From IMG/VR virus record IMGVR_UViG_2563366805_000007: a stretch of 33,977 nucleotides of DNA; one strand, written 5' to 3'. The DNA is from a virus (lineage: Duplodnaviria > Heunggongvirae > Uroviricota > Caudoviricetes). Positions 17,553 through 26,675 of the stretch are shown one piece after another. The translations under genes were made by a program, and so were the position numbers. Each line of letters opens with the position of its first letter. The stretch's first letter is position 1. A model generated the notes under the pieces. That model had not been told where the DNA came from. It did not search any database and saw only the letters and a program-made list of their open reading frames with translations.

Positions 17553-18347
17553 TTATCTTTGTGGCGAATGACTGTCAAACGCGTCCTGTTTTCTGCGTAG
17601 CTGTTCATCCAGCTCGCGACTGCGGGAGATTCCGGGGTTGTACGCCCAGCCGGGATCAATCCCCTCCGGAATGGTCTCTTCTTCGCCGGTGCGTTTGTTA
17701 ACCCATCTGACCGTACGCACTTCAGGGGCTTCCGTGTTGATAGTGCCGTTGGCCTTCATCTGCTCATACTCATACCGGCTGATTTGCCGTGTACCGCATT
17801 TGCATCCCCAGCCGTTCGGCCCCATGTGTGTTCGCCAGAACGGATGATCCACCGGCAGGCAGACATCCTTCCAGCGCAGATGCTCCGCACGGTGCTCACG
17901 TGAGGGGCCGACGGTGTAGACAAGATAAGGCATTGCCCGTTGGGTCCGTTCAATACGCTGCCATTGTCCCGCCGCGCGGGCTGTCCGCATGTTGGTGTCG
18001 TAGATAACGCGCATCCGGCGGTCACTGCCGAGCTGGACAGTACGGGTTTCACCGGTCAGTGGATCATCCATCAGTTGCTGTCCCCACCATCCACGTTTGA
18101 CCAGCATAGGTTTAAGAACCTCGCGAAATTGCTCAAAGGTCTGGCCGCTCTCCAGTGCGTCCTCCACGAGCTGGCGAACGTCCGCCAGCAAATCAAGCTG
18201 CGTCATCTTTGCCACAGTAAAGCCGATGCTGTGTTCTTCCATCCAGACATCGCGGTAATCAAATCCCGGCTTCAGCTTTTTCGCCTTCAGCCAGGCCAGT
18301 GCTTCCTGGGGAATAATGCTGTATTTATCGCTGACCGGCTTAGCCAT
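17553..18347 (-). CDS. Head morphogenesis protein (Mu F-like)
   Basis: 264-aa ORF directly downstream of the portal gene with overlap. Confidence 0.75.
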   Translation of the reverse strand: MAKPVSDKYSIIPQEALAWLKAKKLKPGFDYRDVWMEEHSIGFTVAKMTQLDLLADVRQLVEDALESGQTFEQFREVLKPMLVKRGWWGQQLMDDPLTGETRTVQLGSDRRMRVIYDTNMRTARAAGQWQRIERTQRAMPYLVYTVGPSREHRAEHLRWKDVCLPVDHPFWRTHMGPNGWGCKCGTRQISRYEYEQMKANGTINTEAPEVRTVRWVNKRTGEEETIPEGIDPGWAYNPGISRSRELDEQLRRKQDAFDSHSPQR

Positions 18348-19908
18348 CGTTTACATCTCCCAGCGACCGGGCTTTAAAACAGAGCATCGCCAGCTGCGTC
18401 GCAAACTCATCCGCATCAAGTTCTTTCTGAAGCGCCGGCAGGCCAGCAAGAAAAGATTCAAAGCTGTCAGATTTCTTTGCCAGCTCAAGCACCGGACTGG
18501 TGAACGCATCGCCGGTACGCTGCCAGTCATTCATCGCTTCATCCACCATCATATCAAGAACGTCAGGCTGGCTGCGGTTAAGCGCAGTCTGCTCACGGTT
18601 CATGGCCGGTAGTGGGTTAGTCATTTGCGCCGTTGGTGTCAGAATTTTTGCGCCTTTCTCCGGTTCAGACAGCCCGAATTTGTCACGGATCTCTGACATC
18701 TGAACTTCCATCCCCCGGTCAATCAGCGGCGACAGTGCATCCACCAGAACCTTAAGATCTTCCGGTTTGCTGATGCGCAGAACGACGCGGGGGTAATGCT
18801 CCTGTGGTCCGTAATTCATATCCACATAGGGACGAACAAGGAATTCAGACAGCGTGTTGGATAACTGCCAGGCATCCCATTTGGCGATGTCCATACGCAC
18901 ACCATTGTGGACTTCCGCCTGAGCACGTGAACTGCCGTCATCCGTGGTCATGGTCTGCCCCAGTACGGCCTTACTAATCTGCGCGTCACACCATTCGGCC
19001 ATCTCTTTAAAGAGAGTGCCACCGCTGTTACGGCTCGCCGCTTCCTGCATCTCCAGTTTCATCGAGTCGGGGATTGCGCAGCCGGCATCTGATGCCAGTG
19101 ATGCAATCGCATCCAGCAATGTCTGGATTTGTTCCGGGCTGGCGTTGTTGCCGTATTTACCCACCACAATCGGGATGCCAAATTTTTCAGCAAACGCCCA
19201 CCAGTCCCGGACTGTGTAGGACTTGAGCATATACATGACGGCCACCAGACGCGCCAGACCGTTACGCAAGGGCAGACCGGATTTCAGGCGGGGCTTATGG
19301 ACGATAAATTTCCCCGGTGACAATGGCTCACCATCGATGGGGTTCCTGTCCGTCAGTAGTCTGAAATCACGCAGCGTTTCCCGGTCAGGTTTCAGAAAAC
19401 GTGGATCTACCCATTCATAATCGCGGGGTTTCCAGAGTGTGGTGCTGGTATTCCAGAGGATTTCGCAGACACCAACGCCTTTACCAAGCCCGTCCAGCAA
19501 ATCGAACAGCAGTTCGGGAACCTGCGGTTGCGCCATGAGGTTACGGATATCATCTGCGATTTCCACATCCCGCGGGGAATCGCTCCCGGCCTCCACTGAA
19601 GGTTCAATCCCGGAAACCGTCAGCTTGCGTGTACGTAAAACGCTGGCGTAGTGGAGGTCACGTTCCTCCAGTTCCTCCGCCATAATGAAGAAATCACGGG
19701 CATGACCATCGGCTGCATTACGTAAGATCCCCGCAAGCCTGCCGGGACTCAGCGTACTGGCAACGCTGATACCTGCCGAGGGGGAACGTACACTCATTAC
19801 CGCCGCTGCGGATTGCGTCTGCTTCAGCTCATCCTTGTTCACGGTGACAACTTCTCCCGTGGCAGGACTGAGCAGCCGGCGAACGGCTCCGGTTAGTTGT
19901 TTAAACAT
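18340..19908 (-). CDS. Portal protein (Mu H / gp29-like)
   Basis: 522-aa protein immediately downstream of the large terminase. Confidence 0.85.
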   Translation of the reverse strand: MFKQLTGAVRRLLSPATGEVVTVNKDELKQTQSAAAVMSVRSPSAGISVASTLSPGRLAGILRNAADGHARDFFIMAEELEERDLHYASVLRTRKLTVSGIEPSVEAGSDSPRDVEIADDIRNLMAQPQVPELLFDLLDGLGKGVGVCEILWNTSTTLWKPRDYEWVDPRFLKPDRETLRDFRLLTDRNPIDGEPLSPGKFIVHKPRLKSGLPLRNGLARLVAVMYMLKSYTVRDWWAFAEKFGIPIVVGKYGNNASPEQIQTLLDAIASLASDAGCAIPDSMKLEMQEAASRNSGGTLFKEMAEWCDAQISKAVLGQTMTTDDGSSRAQAEVHNGVRMDIAKWDAWQLSNTLSEFLVRPYVDMNYGPQEHYPRVVLRISKPEDLKVLVDALSPLIDRGMEVQMSEIRDKFGLSEPEKGAKILTPTAQMTNPLPAMNREQTALNRSQPDVLDMMVDEAMNDWQRTGDAFTSPVLELAKKSDSFESFLAGLPALQKELDADEFATQLAMLCFKARSLGDVNDG

Positions 19909-21491
19909 CAGAGTAATCCCCGCTGATTTTTAAGACCCCGTGTGATGCGGACCTGACGGTGTTCATTACGCTCATCGGGGCGGGAAGGTTTCTTTAACTT
20001 GTGGACTTCATAACGGCGGCAGTCCTCGCGACTGGCGAGGAAACCGAGAAAAATAGCGATAGCAGAGTCACCGTGACGCTTGCGGCCATCGGTGCCGGTA
20101 GTTCGTGCATCATCAATGCCCGGTACGCCGCGATAAAGCTGAATTGCGCCGAGGTCTGTGATCACATCTTCATGCTTTGGCAGTACCAGCTCATTGTCTT
20201 CGAATGCCGCACGGAACCGTGGCATGTTCTCCCGGTAGTATTTGACGGAAAGCTGCACCTGCTCAACTTCATCACCGTATTTTTCCGCCGCCTGTTCTGC
20301 CAGATACTGACCGTTACCCCGCGCATCGAGCTTGATGCCGTCACGGCGGGGAAGCCTGTCACAGATATAAAACAGCGCCTGCTCCTGCTGTTTAAATGGC
20401 ACATTGCTGAGTTCCACCAGGAACGGGACGTTGCGCGTCGTGTCATCGTTGACTGTCACCGGTGCAAACACGGTCAGGTCACCATTACGCGCAAAGTCCT
20501 CCCCCAGACAGTGGCGCAGGTTCTGCGGCAGCTTCTCCAGTTCGGGTAGTACGACCGTCTCCAGCCATTCCTGCATTTCCACACGGCGCAGTCCGTCCGG
20601 CATCGCGTTAAAATCAGCCGTACCGGTGAAGCGCAGGACAACGGTCGGACCTCTGGCCGCACGTTCGCGCAGGGAACGTGCGATATAGACGCCACCGCCG
20701 TTCTTCGGCTCGCAGTAGTATTCCTCGCGGGCATCTTCCTCTGTGGCCGTGTCGCTCAGCAGGTTAGCCAGCCATTCCGCTTCGGCCTCCACAGACCAGA
20801 CTTTTTTTGTAACCTGACAGATGCGCTGATACAGCCCCTCTGCAATGGCCGTTTCAATATCGACGTGATGGACAGAGTAGCGTTTTTTCCCGGCCCGGCT
20901 GTCGGTGATGATGGTGTTAAACAGGTTATCAATACCGTTGTGAGTGGAAATAAGGCGAACATTATTCCCCCACATTGTCAGCGCCAGCGCCGCCTTGAGT
21001 ACCGCTGCAAGGTCAGCCTGGAATGCGGCCTCATCAATGATGACGTTACCCTGCATACCACGCAGGTTCGACGGGTTAGACGACAGCGCCTTGATTTTGT
21101 AGCCACTGGCGAACTGGATGACATAGACCAGGATGTCTTTGTCTTCATCCTTCAGCACTTCTTCACCAATGCCAGACGCGGCGCGGTCATAGGCTTTCGC
21201 CCACATGGCACAGGCATCAATAAACTCACGGGCCATGTCTTTCGTTGTGCCGACGTAGAATGTGTCGCACCCACCGGCCTCCACCGACATTGAGCCGTTG
21301 AGGGCCGCGTCAGCGGCTTCCGCCCAGGTCAGACCGGTACGACGCGACTTCTCGGCAATCTTCAGTTGAGAGGAGTCGGCAATCCACCGCTTCTGGTAGG
21401 GAAGCAGTAGCTGGCTTTTGTCGAACTCGCCCGACAGGATAGCCGCAGCGGACTGACTGGTGAGTGTTCTGTCCGGCGTCATCGTCGTCAT
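19908..21491 (-). CDS. Terminase large subunit (Mu gp28-like)
   Basis: 527-aa protein of terminase-large-subunit size, preceded by a small-subunit-like gene and followed by the portal. Confidence 0.85.
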   Translation of the reverse strand: MTTMTPDRTLTSQSAAAILSGEFDKSQLLLPYQKRWIADSSQLKIAEKSRRTGLTWAEAADAALNGSMSVEAGGCDTFYVGTTKDMAREFIDACAMWAKAYDRAASGIGEEVLKDEDKDILVYVIQFASGYKIKALSSNPSNLRGMQGNVIIDEAAFQADLAAVLKAALALTMWGNNVRLISTHNGIDNLFNTIITDSRAGKKRYSVHHVDIETAIAEGLYQRICQVTKKVWSVEAEAEWLANLLSDTATEEDAREEYYCEPKNGGGVYIARSLRERAARGPTVVLRFTGTADFNAMPDGLRRVEMQEWLETVVLPELEKLPQNLRHCLGEDFARNGDLTVFAPVTVNDDTTRNVPFLVELSNVPFKQQEQALFYICDRLPRRDGIKLDARGNGQYLAEQAAEKYGDEVEQVQLSVKYYRENMPRFRAAFEDNELVLPKHEDVITDLGAIQLYRGVPGIDDARTTGTDGRKRHGDSAIAIFLGFLASREDCRRYEVHKLKKPSRPDERNEHRQVRITRGLKNQRGLL

Positions 21492-22066
21492 TCTGCAATC
21501 CCCAGAATCTGACGTTTGATATCAGCCGCCGTCTCAGCAGACAGACCAGCAGAACGGGTTATGGTCTCTGCGGCCGCAGCGGCTTTTTTCGCAAACTCCT
21601 GCTGGATTTCTTTCTCGCGTTTGTGGCTTGCCATCGCTGCGGCTTCCAGTCGCTGGGCGACAAGCGCAAGCTGGCCCAGCGCTTTTGGTTCGACAGTTTT
21701 ATCGCTGTCAGCCATTTCCATTGAGGTTTCAAAGGCCAGTGTTTTGACAAACTCCAGCAGTAATTTTCCGACGTCAGACGTCGGCGCTGAGCCAAGTTTT
21801 GATGCCCATATTTCAGCCATCTCGCGTGAAGCGCGAATCTTTGACCCCATCGTTTCCATGCGGCTTGCGTAGCGGTTCAGACCGGTACGGCTGATTTGCA
21901 TGTCCTCCGGAAGGTTATATTCGTTGATCAGCTCGTTAATCGCTTCGCGGATTTCTTCCTGGGTATGTCGTTTGTCGCGCAGCATCTGATGAAGTTGCTC
22001 CCGGACCGCATCCGGGAGCAAATCAATCTTTGAGGGTCGTCCGCGCGTCTGGCGTTCACTTGCCAT
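21488..22066 (-). CDS. Putative terminase small subunit (Mu gp27-like)
   Basis: 192-aa protein with a basic N-terminus and coiled-coil C-terminus, coupled to the large terminase. Confidence 0.6.
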   Translation of the reverse strand: MASERQTRGRPSKIDLLPDAVREQLHQMLRDKRHTQEEIREAINELINEYNLPEDMQISRTGLNRYASRMETMGSKIRASREMAEIWASKLGSAPTSDVGKLLLEFVKTLAFETSMEMADSDKTVEPKALGQLALVAQRLEAAAMASHKREKEIQQEFAKKAAAAAETITRSAGLSAETAADIKRQILGIAE

Positions 22067-22355
22067 TCTCCCTCCTCATACGTTCAAGGAAGTCACGTTC
22101 AACGCTGGATTTGTCTTTCAGCAGCAACTTCCAGACGCGTTTGTATTCCGGGTTGCTGTTGAGGAATGTGTTCAGATACGAATCAGCGGATTCGGAGTTG
22201 TATTTTTTACCCGTCGATTTTTCAAACTGCGGTGCAATGGCTCTGACTTCAATTTCCGCACAGACGAGAATGGCGGCCATTTTCCGGATGATGTCGCGCT
22301 GGCTGCTGCTCAGTGGCTTAAGGGCTTTAGTCATGGCAGATGTTCTCCAGTTCAA
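22056..22355 (-). CDS. Hypothetical protein
   Basis: 99-aa ORF, in-operon with overlapping neighbours. Confidence 0.5.
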   Translation of the reverse strand: MNWRTSAMTKALKPLSSSQRDIIRKMAAILVCAEIEVRAIAPQFEKSTGKKYNSESADSYLNTFLNSNPEYKRVWKLLLKDKSSVERDFLERMRRENGK

Positions 22356-22707
22356 AAATACGCTCTGTCACATCGTTAATCGCATCCGTAAAACCAAATG
22401 CGCTGCTCCACTCAGGGGGCGCACCGGTTACAGCCTCATACATGCTGTCCAGTACGGCGATAACCTGATCGCGCTCTCCTATAAGCTGGGTTTCAGAGCG
22501 GTCCAACCGGGCAATGCCTTCCAGTGCTTTTTCATTTGCACTGATAAGGGAATCAATGATCACAGCGGCCTGAAAAAGCGCATTCGCTGACATGCCGATT
22601 TCACCGGACTCCCGACGCTCCGCCAGACCTGACAGGCGGCGCAACTGTTCCGCCTGCTGGCGGCAGGTCATTAACATTTGAAGTATTCTGGCCCGTTCCA
22701 TCGTCAC
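22327..22707 (-). CDS. Hypothetical protein
   Basis: 126-aa ORF coupled to neighbours. Confidence 0.5.
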   Translation of the reverse strand: MTMERARILQMLMTCRQQAEQLRRLSGLAERRESGEIGMSANALFQAAVIIDSLISANEKALEGIARLDRSETQLIGERDQVIAVLDSMYEAVTGAPPEWSSAFGFTDAINDVTERIFELENICHD

Positions 22708-22997
22708 TCCCGCGCACGTGGTTTTTTGACGCCGGGGACCGTCGCCAGCCCAAAGGCCACATCTTCACCGCGTCCTGTGATGCCGGCGACGTAACACCCG
22801 GAGACATCTGACAGGGTGACGAGTCCCTGTTCACGTAGCCACGCAAGGAGGGTGCGGACGGTGTCACGGGAAACCCGGTGGCCGTAGGTCTGGAGGCAGG
22901 TCTGTAGAATGGATTCGTTTGCACTGTCTCCGCACTCCACCAGTGAGCGCAGAATGACCAGACGCTGGTCGCTGTTGAGGATTTCTTGCATGCTCAT
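22704..22997 (-). CDS. Hypothetical protein, possible winged-helix fold
   Basis: 97-aa ORF; no confident family assignment from sequence alone. Confidence 0.45.
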   Translation of the reverse strand: MSMQEILNSDQRLVILRSLVECGDSANESILQTCLQTYGHRVSRDTVRTLLAWLREQGLVTLSDVSGCYVAGITGRGEDVAFGLATVPGVKKPRARE

Positions 22998-23003
22998 AGC
23001 CTC

Positions 23004-23309
23004 TTAATTTTTTTCCTTCAGTTCGTTTTCCAGCAACAGATCGCTGATACGTGTGGCCTGCCGGAGCATTCCGGAGAACTCCCGTATTTCGCCGCGCAGG
23101 TTGCTCATATCCAGTTGCAACTGGTGGAGTTCCTGCCGTGACGGCATCCCGTCGATGGCCTTTTCAAGTGCACTCATCCGGCTGTTAACTTTCTCCATCT
23201 CTTCCCGGCGGGCATAGGTTTTCACCAGCAGCAGGTGGATAATATTGATACCGGACATCAGTCCGGCCCAGATGACAGCCCAGTTACTTCTTACGGTTTC
23301 CCATTCCAT
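23004..23309 (-). CDS. Membrane-anchored coiled-coil protein (possible spanin-like lysis accessory)
   Basis: 101 aa with an N-terminal hydrophobic segment (WAVIWAGLMSGINIIHLLLV) followed by a predicted coiled coil. Confidence 0.5.
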   Translation of the reverse strand: MEWETVRSNWAVIWAGLMSGINIIHLLLVKTYARREEMEKVNSRMSALEKAIDGMPSRQELHQLQLDMSNLRGEIREFSGMLRQATRISDLLLENELKEKN

Positions 23310-23516
23310 TTATGCCGTCTCCCTGAGTGTCTGGCAGTCAATGCAGGTCACGGCATCCGGCATGGCCGCCAGTCGTTTCGGGTCAATTTCGTCACCACAG
23401 TCGTTGCAGTGGTCTGGCGTGTCAGGAGATTCTTTAACCCTGTTTAACTGAGCATTTAATGCCCGTTCACGGTCTGCCATCTCAAGGCCGCTGGCCTTGT
23501 CCAGTTCATCCGTCAT
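23310..23516 (-). CDS. TraR/DksA-family C4 zinc-finger protein
   Basis: 68 aa with CNDCGDEI...(17 aa)...CIDC, the TraR/DksA C4 signature. Confidence 0.7.
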   Translation of the reverse strand: MTDELDKASGLEMADRERALNAQLNRVKESPDTPDHCNDCGDEIDPKRLAAMPDAVTCIDCQTLRETA

Positions 23517-24121
23517 CTACCCGCCGCCATCGTTTTGTGTTTGCTGGATTTGCTGTACCGGGCGAACCCGTCAAGGGTACGAAAACCAAGATACCCAAGC
23601 GCCGGTGTCGCCAGCATGAGTGCGATATCCCAGTCCGGTGATGGCATGGAGAAGGCATGACCAAAAGCACCGGATACCGCGCCAGCCTGCTGACCCACAG
23701 ACATCAGCATCACATACGCAATGCTGCTGTATAGCGACAGCCGGGCCATCAGCGGTCTGGTCTGACGGACATATTCATCCGTGGCGTTGTCCCCGTTACG
23801 GATGGTTTCCTGCTGTTCATGGTGGGCAGCCTGACGGTCAGCCAGTACGGCTTTGTCCCGCTCAAGCTGGAATTGTTCAATCTGGACCTTCAGGGACTGG
23901 AGCTGGACGAACTGTTCTGGCGGCAGCGCCGCCAGTTTTTGCTCAAGCACCCGCTGCTGGTCCTGCGGGTTGATGACGCTGTTGACGTTCTCAACGATCC
24001 CCGCCACAGAATCTGCCGTTCTGGCGGTGTCGCCACCGAACCAGCCGCCCACGGTACGCAGTAACGACGGTCCTGCCTTCATCAGAACGCTGGCAACGGT
24101 AGAGATGGTTACTGGATCCAT
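23513..24121 (-). CDS. Membrane protein, possible holin-type lysis protein
   Basis: 202 aa with a soluble coiled-coil N-terminal half and hydrophobic C-terminal segments. Confidence 0.5.
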   Translation of the reverse strand: MDPVTISTVASVLMKAGPSLLRTVGGWFGGDTARTADSVAGIVENVNSVINPQDQQRVLEQKLAALPPEQFVQLQSLKVQIEQFQLERDKAVLADRQAAHHEQQETIRNGDNATDEYVRQTRPLMARLSLYSSIAYVMLMSVGQQAGAVSGAFGHAFSMPSPDWDIALMLATPALGYLGFRTLDGFARYSKSSKHKTMAAGR

Positions 24122-24516
24122 GCAAGAAGCCCCTTACGTTCAACCCACATACAGAAAAGAACGCCGATTGCAGCACCCACTGGTGTAAGAAGAATCAGGT
24201 ATAACGGGGTGGCATATAGCTGGCTCAGAATGAGAAGAAAACCGCCTACAACCCAGATGACCCACGCCCAGAAACGGGCATGCCGGCTGATATGCATTTC
24301 AGGTTTAAGAAGCCTGTACGGAAGATTGCCAAGAAAGATACTGAATCCGATCAGAACCACGCCGGAGAGTGCCAGCCACCAGACCATAAATGCCTGGCGG
24401 CCTGAGAAACTACAGATGAACAGCGACAGGCCGACGAGAATGACAATGCTCCATCCGGAGCGCAAAACCTGTACCAGTGCCAGCCTTAACCAGTCGCAGC
24501 TAAACGATTTAAACAT
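24109..24516 (-). CDS. Integral membrane protein (about 4 TM segments), lysis-cassette position
   Basis: Start MFKSF at 24516 is preceded by AAGGA; the ORF-track extension to 24648 overlaps the upstream gene and lacks an RBS. Confidence 0.55.
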   Translation of the reverse strand: MFKSFSCDWLRLALVQVLRSGWSIVILVGLSLFICSFSGRQAFMVWWLALSGVVLIGFSIFLGNLPYRLLKPEMHISRHARFWAWVIWVVGGFLLILSQLYATPLYLILLTPVGAAIGVLFCMWVERKGLLAWIQ

Positions 24517-24727
24517 TGTGTTTTTCCTTGTATCGCTGGCATTGCCAGACGATGTCTCTGATATCGACGGATGACCAGCCGCGCATGTAGTAACTGGCGT
24601 GTGTACCGTCATGACCTGCATAACTTGTCGGAACGGGGACGGGGCCACCTGCTATTCGGTGAAGAACTTCCTGCCTCAGCCGGTCACGTCGTCCCTGTTT
24701 CAGCGAAGCGTCCCATCCCTTGCCCAT
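24509..24727 (-). CDS. Small hypothetical protein between endolysin and membrane protein
   Basis: 72-aa ORF with GGAG five nt upstream of its ATG, starting 2 nt after the endolysin stop. Confidence 0.45.
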   Translation of the reverse strand: MGKGWDASLKQGRRDRLRQEVLHRIAGGPVPVPTSYAGHDGTHASYYMRGWSSVDIRDIVWQCQRYKEKHNV

Positions 24728-24728
24728 A

Positions 24729-25319
24729 TCAGCTCCGGGCTACCGAATAGCGGACACCGGAAATCTCACGACAGGCGTCAGCGAGGTTGTCAAGGCGGTT
24801 AAACCAGCCGTTGAGGAACTTGCCCTGCGAAGAGTTTGCTTTGATGATGTCGGCGTAATAGCGGGAACGTTGCAGAAACAAACGGTTCAGCAGCCAGTCA
24901 GGGTCAGCACGCTCAACGGCTGCACGGGTGTTTTTACCGGCGATACCGTCAACGCTTTTGCCAGTGAAACCCACAGCTTCCTGAAGCAACTGGACAGCCT
25001 TTTTGACGCCATGCTGGACGGCAGAATCAAAGACAAACAGGGCGATATCATCCGGCCATAACTGGCAATACGCCGGATACCAGTAGTCACGGAAGTAAAT
25101 CTGTCCGGCCTGTTCAACCGTTAAATCACGAATACGAGTATCAGGCTTGCCATCGCCATTAACGTCGGTCATGCCATCGGCAACACCGTCGCGTTTATCT
25201 GATATACCGAAGTTAGTTTCACCGCCACGGTCAGTGGGGTCATTGACATATCCGCGTTCTGCGCTGAGCACGAAAGCAAGAGCATTGCGAAATGCGGGAG
25301 AATCGGGGGTGTTGTTCAT
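24729..25319 (-). CDS. Endolysin, glycoside hydrolase family 108-like with C-terminal peptidoglycan-binding region
   Basis: N-terminal motif ...ERGYVNDPTDRGGETNFGI... matches the GH108 signature; located after mor as Mu lys. Confidence 0.75.
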   Translation of the reverse strand: MNNTPDSPAFRNALAFVLSAERGYVNDPTDRGGETNFGISDKRDGVADGMTDVNGDGKPDTRIRDLTVEQAGQIYFRDYWYPAYCQLWPDDIALFVFDSAVQHGVKKAVQLLQEAVGFTGKSVDGIAGKNTRAAVERADPDWLLNRLFLQRSRYYADIIKANSSQGKFLNGWFNRLDNLADACREISGVRYSVARS

Positions 25320-25370
25320 AAAACGGCACCTTTGGAAGTGGGTTAGATTTCCCTTCCATCATGTGCCGGA

Positions 25371-25397
25371 CGAAAAAAAAGCCGGATTAACCGGCTT
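25371..25397 (-). terminator. Rho-independent terminator downstream of the membrane-protein gene
   Basis: Minus-strand RNA: stem AAGCCGG, loop UUAAU, stem CCGGCUU, followed by U8. Confidence 0.6.
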
Positions 25398-25415
25398 CAT
25401 TGTATTGGCTATAAC

Positions 25416-25739
25416 TTAATAGAATAAATAATCTTTGTAGCGATAGAGCAACCATCCTGATACCAACAAAAGTAGAATAATAAAACTTACGCTTTTATCA
25501 GTCTTTACTGGATATTCTTCCGCAGCGATCAATAAAGATTTCCTGTTGATCAGATACCAAATAAAAGGAAGTATAAATATACTCAGCGCAGCCCAAACCA
25601 CAGGGTGTATGCCTCTGCGACATCCTTTTCGCACACCGTCTCTAACAACATAACTTCCTATGTTGTTAGAAGTAGCATCAAAGAAAACCCAAAAAACACA
25701 TATAATACAAACTATGTTAATAACAATCACACCAACCAT
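25416..25739 (-). CDS. Small integral membrane protein (3 predicted TM helices), AT-rich accessory (moron-like) gene
   Basis: 107-aa ORF, markedly more AT-rich than its neighbours; ATG 4 nt after the mor stop with GGAG upstream; three hydrophobic segments; followed by its own terminator. Confidence 0.6.
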   Translation of the reverse strand: MVGVIVINIVCIICVFWVFFDATSNNIGSYVVRDGVRKGCRRGIHPVVWAALSIFILPFIWYLINRKSLLIAAEEYPVKTDKSVSFIILLLLVSGWLLYRYKDYLFY

Positions 25740-25743
25740 ATTA

Positions 25744-26151
25744 TCACTCCATATTAAATGAGAGCTGCCTCTTACCTTGCTCTAACTTTCGCATTCTCCG
25801 GATTGCTTTATACACCGTTTTATAGGTAACACGGTAACGCTCAACCAACTCTGTGATGTTTCTGCCATTGAAATCACGCCAGATTTTCATATCACGAATC
25901 AATGACTCAAGAGTCTGGCCGCGTGGAAAATAAATCTGCATTCCACCAATCTGACAGCTAATCGCATAGACCAGCTCCAGAGAGATTCGTGGGTCAACAC
26001 CATGCTTTGTCAGTTCGCCACGCAACAGCGTATTCAGTTCTGTCAGCAGTGCAGGGAAACGCACAGTTTCCGCCGAACTGTCATCGTCCAGGTGCTCCAG
26101 AATGCTGTCATCCTGGATATCACCAAACAGGTCATTCTGCTTTTCGCTCAT
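25744..26151 (-). CDS. mor: Mor/C-family transcriptional activator (Mor-like by synteny)
   Basis: 135 aa; ...DLFGDIQDDSILEHLD...FPALLTELNTLLRGEL...IRDMKIWRDFNGRNITELVERYRVTYKTVYKAIRRMR matches the Mor/C family; overlaps the gemA stop as in Mu. Confidence 0.8.
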   Translation of the reverse strand: MSEKQNDLFGDIQDDSILEHLDDDSSAETVRFPALLTELNTLLRGELTKHGVDPRISLELVYAISCQIGGMQIYFPRGQTLESLIRDMKIWRDFNGRNITELVERYRVTYKTVYKAIRRMRKLEQGKRQLSFNME

Positions 26152-26675
26152 GTGCGCACCTTTCTTACTTTACTGGAATACAGGCTGTTGATGGCGTCAT
26201 AACCCCGATTATCCTGAAATGCCAGGTCTCGCGGACTCAGCGCCTCTGTCATTTCTCTCAGGTGCCATTGCTTGAGGCTTTCCAGCACCATCAGAAGATT
26301 ATCGCCACGGCACCATGCCAGGCTGGCGATACCTTTACCTTTGTTGGTTCTGACAGTCATCTTCGCGACGAACGAATCGAGTGAGGTATCGCTGCCATCA
26401 CGGATAAACCCATCAAGATGCATCTGCCGCCAGATGCTGCGGACCTTTGCGGTGATATCTGTCTCACGATGACGGCGAGCCGGAGAACGGGGACGGGTAC
26501 GAATGAAACCCTTATCCTCCAGTACCTTCAGCACATCCTCCAGTTGGCCGACTCTCAGGTCACGACAGCTTTGCTTTCCCGTCACTCGCATCAGTACAGA
26601 GCGGTAGGTGTCATCGTCCAGTTGTAGATTGCGACGGGCAACATGGATTAACTTAATCAGGGATGCGCGGCTCAT
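26148..26675 (-). CDS. gemA: GemA-like regulatory protein (Mu gp16 family)
   Basis: MSRASLIKLIHVARRNLQLDDDTYRSVLMRVTGKQSC... resembles the Mu GemA N-terminus (from memory); immediately upstream of mor. Confidence 0.7.
   Translation of the reverse strand: MSRASLIKLIHVARRNLQLDDDTYRSVLMRVTGKQSCRDLRVGQLEDVLKVLEDKGFIRTRPRSPARRHRETDITAKVRSIWRQMHLDGFIRDGSDTSLDSFVAKMTVRTNKGKGIASLAWCRGDNLLMVLESLKQWHLREMTEALSPRDLAFQDNRGYDAINSLYSSKVRKVRT

Noticed and set aside
24109-24648. 179-codon version of the membrane-protein ORF
   Set aside because: The N-terminal 44 codons overlap the upstream 72-aa gene and lack an RBS; the internal start MFKSF at 24516 has AAGGA upstream and begins at the first hydrophobic segment.
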